From: a virus
Taxonomy: Duplodnaviria; Caudoviricetes
IMG/VR virus record: IMGVR_UViG_3300017971_000066
Span: 1 to 52,866 of that record
Length of the DNA: 52,866 nt
Reading direction: 5' to 3' (one strand)
Below are positions 37,012 through 45,372 of this stretch, in pieces (within the stretch, counting starts at the first letter, position 1; each line of letters begins with the position of its first letter). A model generated the notes under the pieces. That model was not told the origin of the DNA and did not search any database. It saw nothing but the letters and a program-made list of their open reading frames with translations. A program made the translations under genes and the position numbers.

Positions 37012-37295
37012 AATGACATCCTCAAAAATTGCTTACCCAGCTCAGGCACAGGGATTTCTGTTTTCTTCGGCGCAGATTGCGGTATGCCCTTTCTATGCTC
37101 GGAACTACACGCTCTACAATACTGTGTCGCCTTGTGTATCTTGTCGTATATCTGCCGCTTGACGAACCAATACTCTCGGCCACAATCGCAGCGTACAGGC
37201 CAGATCCAGTTACTATCTTCGTTCCGCTTTCTATCGCCGGTAACGGTGTAGTTTTGAAACACGGTACCTTCAGGGAATTTGTTAATCATTTCCAT
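37008..37295 (-). CDS. Cys-rich zinc-binding hypothetical protein (95 aa)
   Basis: 'WPVRCDCG...YCRAC', resembling the N-terminal modules of HNH/AP2 proteins. Confidence 0.65.
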   Translation of the reverse strand: MEMINKFPEGTVFQNYTVTGDRKRNEDSNWIWPVRCDCGREYWFVKRQIYDKIHKATQYCRACSSEHRKGIPQSAPKKTEIPVPELGKQFLRMSL

Positions 37296-37402
37296 TATTC
37301 ACTCCATCCATCACGTACAAACCAACCAGTAATAACGCCCAATATCCACATTGCCCACGGCACTACAAAATCCTGTGCTATCCATAAAAGTGCGTCAGTC
37401 AT
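37295..37402 (-). CDS. Small membrane peptide (35 aa; not in the ORF track)
   Basis: MTDALLWIAQDFVVPWAMWILGVITGWFVRDGWSE; GGAG RBS; its stop overlaps the next ATG. Confidence 0.6.
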   Translation of the reverse strand: MTDALLWIAQDFVVPWAMWILGVITGWFVRDGWSE

Positions 37403-37427
37403 ACATGCTCCACAAAGTTGTAATCGC

Positions 37428-38327
37428 TCATTGTGTCACCTCATCAAGATAATCATTGCCAATCGTGTCTGGCACAATCACTTCGCAGCCGATCCCCTTC
37501 AGGTACAACTTGTTGGCCAGCATGTAGGCTGCGCGCTGTCCGGTGAATGTTTTGTCATTGTCCGCCAAGATGATGGCGTGCTGCAGATGGTCTGGTGGAT
37601 CGAATAGCTCCATGCCATTGGCGCTGATCGTAGCTATGCCTGGCAGTTCAAATTCCTGAATACCGGCCAGTGTTGTCTCAATGCCTTCAGCAATCACGCA
37701 GACAGATCCCTTGCCCAAGTAAACAGCTGCCCCGGAGATCGTGCCATCAGCTGGCATGATTTTCTTCTGGCACTCCACGTCTGCTTTCTTACCATCAGCC
37801 AGGTATGTCACATGAAACGATTTGCGACGCATATTCTTGTCACTGATTCTGGCGATCATCGCATCGAACGTGCCGATCTGTTTGCCATTGTGGTAATACG
37901 GGCGCTTCATGTAGCGCAGTGAATTAAACCTGAACGTATTCAAACCACGGCCTTTCAGGTATTGGGAAACAGGATCCATACCAGACAGCTCTAGTGCATG
38001 CCTTGAAACATAGTCCAGCGCTGGCCTTGGGTCTTTCTTTTTTCGCACAGGATCTGGCTCGACGTAACCAACCACTTCTCTCACCTTGGCCGACGCCTGC
38101 TTAAAGTCCAGCTGCAGATAGCGCATGAGTAGATCTATGCCGTCGCTGGGCTTTGTTTCGCATTGATTGCATACCCATGTGCCCTTGCCTTGAAAGTCCA
38201 TAAACCTGAAGCGGTCCTTGCCGCCACACAATGGGCATGGCCCATGCTTACCGGTTAAAAATTCAGGATCCATGTACTGGGACAGAATATTTCGCCATCT
38301 GCCGTGCGCTGCTTGAATGATATTCAT
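37428..38327 (-). CDS. DNA primase (zinc ribbon + TOPRIM, 299 aa)
   Basis: HGPCPLCGGKDRFRF...CNQC; AEGIET; ADND. Confidence 0.92.
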   Translation of the reverse strand: MNIIQAAHGRWRNILSQYMDPEFLTGKHGPCPLCGGKDRFRFMDFQGKGTWVCNQCETKPSDGIDLLMRYLQLDFKQASAKVREVVGYVEPDPVRKKKDPRPALDYVSRHALELSGMDPVSQYLKGRGLNTFRFNSLRYMKRPYYHNGKQIGTFDAMIARISDKNMRRKSFHVTYLADGKKADVECQKKIMPADGTISGAAVYLGKGSVCVIAEGIETTLAGIQEFELPGIATISANGMELFDPPDHLQHAIILADNDKTFTGQRAAYMLANKLYLKGIGCEVIVPDTIGNDYLDEVTQ

Positions 38328-39799
38328 GATACTTTCCTTTTTGCGAATGCGATTTGACGTGACTTGATCCAGTTCAGCGTTTCTTCACTGGCTGGTACCC
38401 GTGGAGCATTGCGGTATTTGTTCGGCCATACTCCGAATTTTTCTTTGTACTTGTTGGAGGCCCAGCCTTCCCGGTAGTTGTGCATGTAAGCGTAATGCTT
38501 CAGCTCACCGAAGAATTGCTCTTTCTGCTCTGGCGTGGCGTCTTTGTTCAGCTTCTTTTTCTTCCTCAGCTCGACCAGTTCACCCTCTTCAACTTCCAGC
38601 TGACTCTGCCTGGCTGCCTCGAATCCGCAGGATGGACAGGTTTTTGTCTTGGGCGGTTTCATAAACCCGCATGATGGACATGCTTTCGGTAGCGGCTCGT
38701 CTTCTGGTTTGCGGTCGATCTTGGATCTGTTCTTTCCGTCGTCCAAGTGATCTGGATACTGGTCATCTGGCAAACCGTTGCGCAACATATTGCCGGCATT
38801 GTCCAGAATTATCACGTCGTCTTTGTCAGGATGTGTGCGCAATCCCCTGCCCAGCTTCTGGATGTGGCGCATTAGCGACTTGGTTGGCTGGGCATCGATG
38901 ATACAGCCGACATCTTTCACGCTGAACCCGGTGGCCAGCTTTGCCACAGAACACAGCACGTCGATCTGGCCTTGACGGAATTTTTCAATTTCCTCCTGAC
39001 ACTCAACCTGATCCATGTAGCCATTGACCGAAACAGATTTCACACCTGCCGCTCTGAATTCAGCAGCGAATCGCTCCGCATCTGCAACCCTTGGCGCGAA
39101 AAGGATTGTCTTGCGGCCAGCTGCCAGCTTGAACCAGTGCTTTACGATGTCACCGATCACGCGGGGAGTATATTTCTCACCCGCTTCCGACTTGGAGAAA
39201 TCATCACCCACAGTCTTTACGCCGCTCATGTCAGGAACGTGGTGACTGTAGGCCCGATAGTCGGACAGGAAACCATTGTCGATTAGCCATCTGGTTGATG
39301 GACCGTTGACCAAGTGGCTGTACTGCTTACCCAGTCCTTTGCGCCATGGTGTAGCGCTCAGCCCGATCACTGGTTTTACCGCCATGCGATTCATTGCTTC
39401 ATGAGTTTTATGGCAGATGTGAAATTCGTCGTGAATGATCAAGCGCTCCTGCTGGTAGGCCTTCCAGCCTGCAGGGTCCGCCTTCATGCGTGTCTCGATT
39501 GTCTGGATAGAGCAGACTTGGACAGGCTGCGAGTAGTCCGTGAGGAAGTGATCAGCCTGAATAACGCCAATGTCCTTGATCCCGAAGCTGTTGAACTCGA
39601 CGATGGTCTGGTCAACCAATGTCAGGAACGGCGCTGTGAATAAAACTCCGACGCCCTTGCTCAAAGCATCGTGGATAATATCTGCCGCCAGAACAGTCTT
39701 GCCGAAGCTGGTCATCGCCTGAACCCCAATGTGCGTGTGCCCATCACGCATCGCCTGGTAGATCTCGCGTTTCACTTGGAGCTGGTGGTCGTAAAGCAT
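38324..39799 (-). CDS. SF2 DEAH-type helicase (RadD/YejH-like, 491 aa)
   Basis: TSFGKT, DEFH, GLSATP, QKLGRGLR and a C-terminal CPSC..CPSC zinc finger. Confidence 0.92.
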   Translation of the reverse strand: MLYDHQLQVKREIYQAMRDGHTHIGVQAMTSFGKTVLAADIIHDALSKGVGVLFTAPFLTLVDQTIVEFNSFGIKDIGVIQADHFLTDYSQPVQVCSIQTIETRMKADPAGWKAYQQERLIIHDEFHICHKTHEAMNRMAVKPVIGLSATPWRKGLGKQYSHLVNGPSTRWLIDNGFLSDYRAYSHHVPDMSGVKTVGDDFSKSEAGEKYTPRVIGDIVKHWFKLAAGRKTILFAPRVADAERFAAEFRAAGVKSVSVNGYMDQVECQEEIEKFRQGQIDVLCSVAKLATGFSVKDVGCIIDAQPTKSLMRHIQKLGRGLRTHPDKDDVIILDNAGNMLRNGLPDDQYPDHLDDGKNRSKIDRKPEDEPLPKACPSCGFMKPPKTKTCPSCGFEAARQSQLEVEEGELVELRKKKKLNKDATPEQKEQFFGELKHYAYMHNYREGWASNKYKEKFGVWPNKYRNAPRVPASEETLNWIKSRQIAFAKRKVS

Positions 39800-39814
39800 A
39801 GGCCTCCCCTATGA

Positions 39815-39930
39815 GTATATTAATATAAATATATATATAACCTTCCTTGGCGGAAGATTTTAATATTGGTTCTTGGTTATTGGTTATTGGTTAGCATTGG
39901 GTTCGCAATACGGACGCTATGCGTTCGCAT
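39815..39930. other. Putative replication origin: AT-rich tract plus short repeats
   Basis: Nearly pure A/T at 39817-39840; TTGGTT(A/C) repeats at ~39866-39893; 16-bp CGCTATGCGTTCGCAT at 39915, repeated at 40078. Confidence 0.6.
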
Positions 39931-40249
39931 CACCATTGTTTCTCCATCGTTTTTTTGCGGATGCCCGTGCTTTGTCCGATTTGTCGTGAAATCGCTCTAT
40001 TTCCTGGGTAACTCGCTTGTTTATGTAGCCTTCTGGCGTTTCGTCGTAATACTCCTGCAGTACATAGGCTATGCATTCGCTATGCGTTCGCATACGAATT
40101 TGCTTGGCTACGACCTCAATATCGAGTGGAATTGGACGTTCATGTAAGAATTGCCAGTCGATTAACCGGCGGTAGGCGATATCCTCCAAAGGATCCAGAT
40201 GCGCCGTGTGCGTCTGGTAATCACCTATATTGAAATTGTAGTAATGCAT
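39917..40249 (-). CDS. DUF1376/YdaU-like replication initiator, N-terminal domain only (110 aa)
   Basis: MHYYNFNIGDY..HTAHL..LEDIAYRRLID. Confidence 0.85.
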   Translation of the reverse strand: MHYYNFNIGDYQTHTAHLDPLEDIAYRRLIDWQFLHERPIPLDIEVVAKQIRMRTHSECIAYVLQEYYDETPEGYINKRVTQEIERFHDKSDKARASAKKRWRNNGDANA

Positions 40250-40292
40250 TTGTTATTATTAACCCCGTTACGTTGACCCCGAATTAACGAAC

Positions 40293-40330
40293 AAAAACCC
40301 GCTCTGGCTGCCGGCCTGGCGGGTTTTATT
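40293..40330. terminator. Possible bidirectional terminator after the HTH gene
   Basis: AAAAACCCGC...GCGGGTTTT inverted repeat. Confidence 0.6.
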
Positions 40331-40505
40331 TTGTCAGCTCATCATAAAGACGCTGGATCTTTTTTACGCCGGGATCAGAAATCCTGCCCTGCCTTAATTT
40401 GTTGTACCAATCACGCTCGACCTGAGCGTTGTCGCACAATTCCTGAATGGTTCCCTTGTAGCTGGGGGCCAATGCCATGACGGCATCAAGTAAGTTTGTC
40501 TTCAT
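40326..40505 (-). CDS. Cro-like HTH protein (59 aa; not in the ORF track)
   Basis: Hand translation: MKTNLLDAVMALAPSYKGTIQELCDNAQVERDWYNKLRQGRISDPGVKKIQRLYDELTK. Confidence 0.8.
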   Translation of the reverse strand: MKTNLLDAVMALAPSYKGTIQELCDNAQVERDWYNKLRQGRISDPGVKKIQRLYDELTK

Positions 40506-40537
40506 AGTGTTACCGTGTTGTTTGTGTGTATATCCCG

Positions 40538-40566
40538 ATTATGGAAAAGATTCCATCATCTTGCAA
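40538..40566 (-). promoter_or_regulatory. Leftward sigma70-like promoter with an inverted-repeat operator
   Basis: Minus strand TTGCAA-17 nt-CATAAT; ATGGAA-AAGA-TTCCAT at 40541-40556. Confidence 0.7.
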
Positions 40567-40644
40567 GCGGCATAATAAATTTTAAATTGGGGGTTGGCAA
40601 GAGGCAAGAGTTATGTAATTATTTACATGGGAGGTACAACACAA

Positions 40645-40929
40645 ATGAACACCAATCAACACGAATATGCACATCTGGACGCAAAGGACGAGGCCTATCT
40701 TGTCAGTGAAGAGTACCTGGCTGCCTGCAAAGAGCAGAAGTTTGCAGACCGGGTGAAGGATGAAGAAAGCGCCGTTCAGGATGCGTGGGGCGAATTACTT
40801 ATCGATAACCCAGACATCATGACTGACCTGAAGGCCGCTCTTCTGGACCAAGAAAACGCTGATACGGCTGACCTTGGCAAGAGGGTTCTCGCAGCAATGT
40901 CTGAGTGGCTGCACTACGAAGACGATTAA
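40645..40929 (+). CDS. Acidic hypothetical early protein (94 aa)
   Basis: GGAGG RBS; first gene of the rightward operon. Confidence 0.7.
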   Translation: MNTNQHEYAHLDAKDEAYLVSEEYLAACKEQKFADRVKDEESAVQDAWGELLIDNPDIMTDLKAALLDQENADTADLGKRVLAAMSEWLHYEDD

Positions 40930-40992
40930 CCGGGGAAGCGCCGGCCACCCCACTTGTCAAGACATGGCCGGCACCAAATTCTGGGAGGAATA

Positions 40993-41229
40993 ATGGATAA
41001 AATTGATGAAATGGTATTGGTGCATATCTGGGAGGGTATGCGCGGTGATATCGCATTCCGTGAATATTATCGCGGAGAATTAAATGGAGTTTATCACGGC
41101 GCGGTGCGTACCAATCCTGAGCTGGCGGAAGCTGCTCATTTCCTCAACATGATCGACTCAAACCTTGTGATTATTGAATACGAAAATGCCTACAAAAAAA
41201 TATACAACACCTACAAAATTGTCGGATAA
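40993..41229 (+). CDS. Hypothetical protein (78 aa)
   Basis: GGAGGA RBS before ATG 40993. Confidence 0.7.
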   Translation: MDKIDEMVLVHIWEGMRGDIAFREYYRGELNGVYHGAVRTNPELAEAAHFLNMIDSNLVIIEYENAYKKIYNTYKIVG

Positions 41230-41236
41230 GGACTCA

Positions 41237-41371
41237 TTGATTGAGCCTCCGAAGGACTATCATGAAGAAGAGAAGAGGCCGACACAGCCTAAAAGCGGAA
41301 TGCTTGTCGATGCTGTCAGGGTTTCTTTTATTGCCGCGATTCTTATCGCATTAATCTTAAACCTACTCTAG
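41237..41371 (+). CDS. Small protein with C-terminal TM helix (start uncertain)
   Basis: AAGGA then TTG; C-terminal VSFIAAILIALILNLL. Confidence 0.55.
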   Translation: MIEPPKDYHEEEKRPTQPKSGMLVDAVRVSFIAAILIALILNLL

Positions 41372-41379
41372 GAGTTATT

Positions 41380-42201
41380 ATGAACGAATCAAAACCAAGT
41401 GATCTGATTCAGAACGAATCAGCACCAACAGATATCGTACCGAGCAATACGCCCGGTCCGATAACCTATCAACCGCCAACACCAATGCAGCAGCAGCTGG
41501 CACCACTCACACAGGCCATGCTTAACGGCACACTGGATGTAGAAAAAGTCAAAATGCTGCAGGAGATCCAGCGCAACGAGGAAGCCGCACAAGCAGAGCG
41601 CGCATTCAATAGCGCACTGGCGCAATTCAAATCAAACCCACTTACCCTGAAAAGGGATAGGACTGTTGATTACAGTACATCCAAGGGCAGGACCACATAT
41701 AATCATACCTCACTAGGCTATGCACTGTCCGTTGTTAATCCGATACTCAGTAAATACGAGCTGTCGCTGTCATGGCGTACTGTCACAGAGCCTGACGGCA
41801 CTATCATCGTTACCTGCAGACTGTCACATGCCATGGGTCACTTTGAAGAAACCAGCCTGCCAGGCATGCCAGATCAATCTGGTGGCAAGAATGACATTCA
41901 GGCGGTCGGCTCTACCGTGACATACCTGAAGCGCTATACCGCCTTCTCACTGCTGGGTCTGGAAAGTGAAGACGCAGATAACGATGGCGCCAAAGGCGCT
42001 GGCGGCGATACGGTCGAATACATTTCAGACGGACAGGCCAAAACCATTCGTAATCTGATTAAGCAAACCGAATCAGATGAAGCGAAATTCTGCACAGCTA
42101 TTAAAGCTGAATCAGTCGAGCGTATTAATGTCGCCGGCTATCACCAAGCAGTCAACATGCTTAAAAAGAAACTACAGGGAGCAAATAATGCCAAGAGCTA
42201 A
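41380..42201 (+). CDS. erf: ERF-family ssDNA annealing protein (273 aa)
   Basis: QAVGSTVTYLKRYT..SLLGL...DNDG is the ERF signature. Confidence 0.92.
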   Translation: MNESKPSDLIQNESAPTDIVPSNTPGPITYQPPTPMQQQLAPLTQAMLNGTLDVEKVKMLQEIQRNEEAAQAERAFNSALAQFKSNPLTLKRDRTVDYSTSKGRTTYNHTSLGYALSVVNPILSKYELSLSWRTVTEPDGTIIVTCRLSHAMGHFEETSLPGMPDQSGGKNDIQAVGSTVTYLKRYTAFSLLGLESEDADNDGAKGAGGDTVEYISDGQAKTIRNLIKQTESDEAKFCTAIKAESVERINVAGYHQAVNMLKKKLQGANNAKS

Positions 42202-42496
42202 AATGAATCCGATGGCCAAGCTGGCCAGACGCTGCGCCGAGCTGGCAGATCTTGAGGTTGAACTTGAGAGACAGCAGATCGAAGCGGGGGAAGAGCGCGA
42301 GAGACTACAGAAAGAACTGGCAGGACTTCTTGCTCTTAATTGCGAAGACGCCATAGACAGCAACACCCAGATCACTATACAGGCGCGCAAGGATATGGTG
42401 ATTGAGGTTGATTTCACTGCATGGGTTAATAGCGATAAATCGCTTGAAGATAATGACTCTGTTTCTTTCTTTTATCAGCCGGTGGAAACATGGTAA
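42188..42496 (+). CDS. Hypothetical coiled-coil protein (102 aa)
   Basis: GGAG RBS; overlaps both neighbours. Confidence 0.65.
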   Translation: MPRAKMNPMAKLARRCAELADLEVELERQQIEAGEERERLQKELAGLLALNCEDAIDSNTQITIQARKDMVIEVDFTAWVNSDKSLEDNDSVSFFYQPVETW

Positions 42497-43104
42497 TACT
42501 TGATATCGAGCAAGGCTCTGATGAATGGCTGGCCGCTAGGTTGGGAATACCTACGGCCAGCAACTTCGACGCCATCATTACGCCGACCGGGAAAAAGTCT
42601 ACCCAGTTTGCTGGTTATCAGAACAAACTGATAGCGGAGCAGCTGGCAGGCAAACCACTGAACAACTTCAAGTCCGAATGGATGAACCGTGGCAACGAGC
42701 TGGAACCAGAGGCCCGTATGTACTATGAGTTTGTGAAGGACGTTCATGTGGATGAGGTCGGAATTGTATTCAATAATAAACATCATGAGATCGGAGCGAG
42801 CCCTGATGGACTAATTGGCATCGACGGCGGTCTGGAAATAAAGTGCCCAGCACCCCATACGCATGTCGGGTATCTGCTTGCAAACAAGATACCGAACGAA
42901 TATATTCCACAAGTACAGGGAAACATGATGGTAACTGGAAGGAAATGGTGGGACTTTATGAGCTACTGCCCAGAGCTGGCAGAATCAGGCCGGGAGTCGT
43001 TGATCATCCGGGTACCAAGAGACACAGAATACATCAAGAACATGCGCATTTATATGAAGGAATTTCTATCTGGGCTGGCAGAGAAGAAAAGCAAACTAAT
43101 TTAG
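42490..43104 (+). CDS. Lambda-exonuclease / YqaJ-like exonuclease (204 aa)
   Basis: QGSDEWLAARLG..TAS, GNELEPEAR, GASPDGL, LEIKCP and QVQG. Confidence 0.93.
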   Translation: MVILDIEQGSDEWLAARLGIPTASNFDAIITPTGKKSTQFAGYQNKLIAEQLAGKPLNNFKSEWMNRGNELEPEARMYYEFVKDVHVDEVGIVFNNKHHEIGASPDGLIGIDGGLEIKCPAPHTHVGYLLANKIPNEYIPQVQGNMMVTGRKWWDFMSYCPELAESGRESLIIRVPRDTEYIKNMRIYMKEFLSGLAEKKSKLI

Positions 43105-43254
43105 CCTGGTTGGTTGAGTAAGACCCCAGCGGGCGGTGGGGCCAATAACACCCGCAGCCGAGGATTGGCGCTCCTTTCCGAGGTACTTTTTTTCCTCCAA
43201 GGCCAAGGCCGTCTGGTCCACGACACGGACCTCCATTAACCATAGGAGTATTAC

Positions 43255-43485
43255 ATGAGCAAAACCAAAACAGCATCGATCACTATTGATGGTGATCTTA
43301 TAGAAGCATTCGATATTGTCCGCCAGAACATGATGGATCTGGTACCGGGCATTAATCCCAACAACGCAGAAGTCGTGCGTGCTGCCATGTTTATGGCTGC
43401 AAACAGCATCGAGCGGAAAAAGGCGGGTGCAGCAACTGTTGCAAAGATCGGATCCGGCGGCGAAGGAGTAGCGAACAATGGCTGA
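43255..43485 (+). CDS. Small protein, possible RHH DNA-binding fold (76 aa)
   Basis: AGGAG RBS; beta-helix-helix pattern 'ASITID...[10 protein letters not shown]'. Confidence 0.6.
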   Translation: MSKTKTASITIDGDLIEAFDIVRQNMMDLVPGINPNNAEVVRAAMFMAANSIERKKAGAATVAKIGSGGEGVANNG

Positions 43486-43897
43486 TCGCGGAGTGAACAA
43501 AGTCATCCTAGTCGGTAGGCTGGGTCAGGATCCAGAAGTGCGTTACATGCAAAATGGTGACGCCGTGGCAAACATATCACTCGCAACCAGTGAGGAATGG
43601 AAGGATAAGAACACTGGCGACAAGAAATCAAAAACCGAATGGCATCGCGTCGTCGTCTACAGGAGACTGGGTGAGATTGCCGGGGAGTACCTGAAAAAAG
43701 GCGCCATGGTTTATTTCGAGGGCAAGCTGCAGACACGCAAATGGCAGGACCAGAACGGCAATGACAAGTACACCACTGAGATCATCGCACACCAGATGCA
43801 AATGCTCGGCGGTAATCAGCAACAGCAATCAGCGCCAGCAGACCAAGGTGCGCCAGCTGGTGATGATGGTGGTTTCGACGACGATATTCCTTTTTAG
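43478..43897 (+). CDS. ssb: Single-stranded DNA-binding protein (139 aa)
   Basis: [20 protein letters not shown]...TEWHRVV...[11 protein letters not shown]...FDDDIPF. Confidence 0.97.
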   Translation: MADRGVNKVILVGRLGQDPEVRYMQNGDAVANISLATSEEWKDKNTGDKKSKTEWHRVVVYRRLGEIAGEYLKKGAMVYFEGKLQTRKWQDQNGNDKYTTEIIAHQMQMLGGNQQQQSAPADQGAPAGDDGGFDDDIPF

Positions 43898-44000
43898 CTG
43901 AAAGAAACACGGGAGAAAATGCGAATGAGTGAGGCCACCCCGCAAGTCCGCAAGTCTGTTGACGAGGTGTTAATTAAAACTACTGTTATGGAGTACAAAG

Positions 44001-44318
44001 ATGATTGAAACAAAAGTTATTAAAGAAAAATACAGCGACGAGCCGCGTATCTACAAGCACGATACAGAAATACTGACGCAGCAAGCGAAGCTGGTATTAG
44101 ACTTTATTGAAAAATGGGGCATGGTTGCTGCTATTGATGCTGGCGAAGACTCTGCAGGCCGCCAGAAGATTGGCCTCATGCCTGAAGATGAAGTCGTCAC
44201 TCGCGCCATAAACATGGCCGAGATCGCATGGGCGAGGCTGGATGACATGGGCCTGATACATAAGCTGCCAGGTATCGTAGAAATGGAAGCTGAAGTGGCT
44301 GAAATTGACGATGAGTGA
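44001..44318 (+). CDS. Hypothetical protein (105 aa)
   Basis: GGAG RBS; 'GEDSAGRQK..LMP.DEVV.RA'. Confidence 0.7.
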   Translation: MIETKVIKEKYSDEPRIYKHDTEILTQQAKLVLDFIEKWGMVAAIDAGEDSAGRQKIGLMPEDEVVTRAINMAEIAWARLDDMGLIHKLPGIVEMEAEVAEIDDE

Positions 44319-44508
44319 TAACGACATCTTCAAACGATCCAGTATCTACAAGGTCGGTCAGTTTTACCAAGACCTTGGCGAGGCTATGGTAAACCCGGAG
44401 ACAACCATCGACGAGCTTTCGACGATTGGCTGGACCTACGGGTTTGATATTAAGTTCTTCCTGCAGCCGGTACGCGAAGTTGAGGCGCTGAAAGATCGGG
44501 AAGAGTAA
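44311..44508 (+). CDS. Hypothetical protein (65 aa)
   Basis: ATG overlaps the end of the upstream gene. Confidence 0.6.
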   Translation: MSDNDIFKRSSIYKVGQFYQDLGEAMVNPETTIDELSTIGWTYGFDIKFFLQPVREVEALKDREE

Positions 44509-44598
44509 CCAAATTCGGCCTGCTGCCCTTTCATTAATTATGGAAGCAGCTACGAAACTCACTGGCAGTGGGCCGAACCTATAGGGAGGAATACAGCA

Positions 44599-44778
44599 AT
44601 GCCAAAATCACACAAACCTCCGGCTAACCATCCGTGGCGGGTTGCCCCGGATAGGTTCTTCAGCAAAAAAAGCAGGCGCCTTAATATGGTCAAGGACGCC
44701 TATAGGAAAATTCAAAGGGAGGAAAGCAATGGCGAAAGAGAAGACGTTCGTAATCTACGCGAAGAGCAAGGTCGATGA
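44599..44778 (+). CDS. Small basic protein with KPPANHPWR motif (59 aa; not in the ORF track)
   Basis: GGGAGGA RBS; MPKSHKPPANHPWRVAPDRFF... Confidence 0.65.
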   Translation: MPKSHKPPANHPWRVAPDRFFSKKSRRLNMVKDAYRKIQREESNGEREDVRNLREEQGR

Positions 44779-44911
44779 TTCGGTCTGGTGTGTGCGGGTC
44801 GAGTGCCAAGACCTGCTGCAGGCCAGAGAGATCTGCCGCCACCTGAAGATAGACATTGACGACATCGGCGAGCTGGTCGATGAGATTCGATTTAACCCAA
44901 GGAAGCACTGA
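44729..44911 (+). CDS. Hypothetical protein (60 aa)
   Basis: GGAGG RBS before ATG 44729. Confidence 0.6.
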   Translation: MAKEKTFVIYAKSKVDDSVWCVRVECQDLLQAREICRHLKIDIDDIGELVDEIRFNPRKH

Positions 44912-45372
44912 TGAAGTTTCTAGTCAAAACACATGGACGCAGCGGCCTTATTCACCCGGTCTATATTGAAGCAGACTCTGCAGATATTGCGAAAGCTGAC
45001 CTAACTGACATTGGTCTGGAAGTGGATGATGAAGATATTTCTCAGATCATCGAGGGTGTATCGGATAGACGCAACAGTGAGTCAATAAAGCCTACTGGAA
45101 TTAAAAGATACAAGAAAGTCCCGGTTATTGTTGAGGCGATAGACTGGGTTAACACGCCGCTTGATATCCTGTTCGAGTTTGTAGGAGACAAGGCCGGCAT
45201 TGAAGTAAGAGATGATGACACAGCGGTAATGATCATCAATACCAAAGAGGGTGACATGACGGCAGACGAGGGTGACTACATCATTAAGGGTGTAGAGGGT
45301 GAGATCTATCCCTGCAAGCCCGGCATCTTCAAAAAAACCTACGAGGCGTTATGTCACGAAGATCCTAAATAA
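44911..45372 (+). CDS. Two-domain protein with C-terminal 'GDYIIKG..GE.YPCKP.IF..TY' phage domain (153 aa)
   Basis: KKVPVIVEA...TKEGDM.A..GDYIIKGVEGEIYPCKPGIFKKTYE; the N-terminus resembles the upstream ORF. Confidence 0.75.
   Translation: MKFLVKTHGRSGLIHPVYIEADSADIAKADLTDIGLEVDDEDISQIIEGVSDRRNSESIKPTGIKRYKKVPVIVEAIDWVNTPLDILFEFVGDKAGIEVRDDDTAVMIINTKEGDMTADEGDYIIKGVEGEIYPCKPGIFKKTYEALCHEDPK

Noticed and set aside
39860-39919. Stop-codon reassignment or readthrough in the DUF1376 gene
   Set aside because: Both TAG and TAA interrupt the frame, TAG ends clear genes (ssb, exonuclease), long genes are intact under the standard code, and no suppressor tRNA was seen.
42510-42530. Second hammerhead at CTGATGA in the exonuclease gene (and similar minus-strand matches)
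   Set aside because: These lie in coding sequence, and I saw no matching stems or correctly placed GAAA/UH.
43898-44000. Structured RNA after ssb (CCGCAAGT twice; AACAC/GTGTT)
   Set aside because: The pairings are short and inconsistent, so no convincing fold could be supported by eye.
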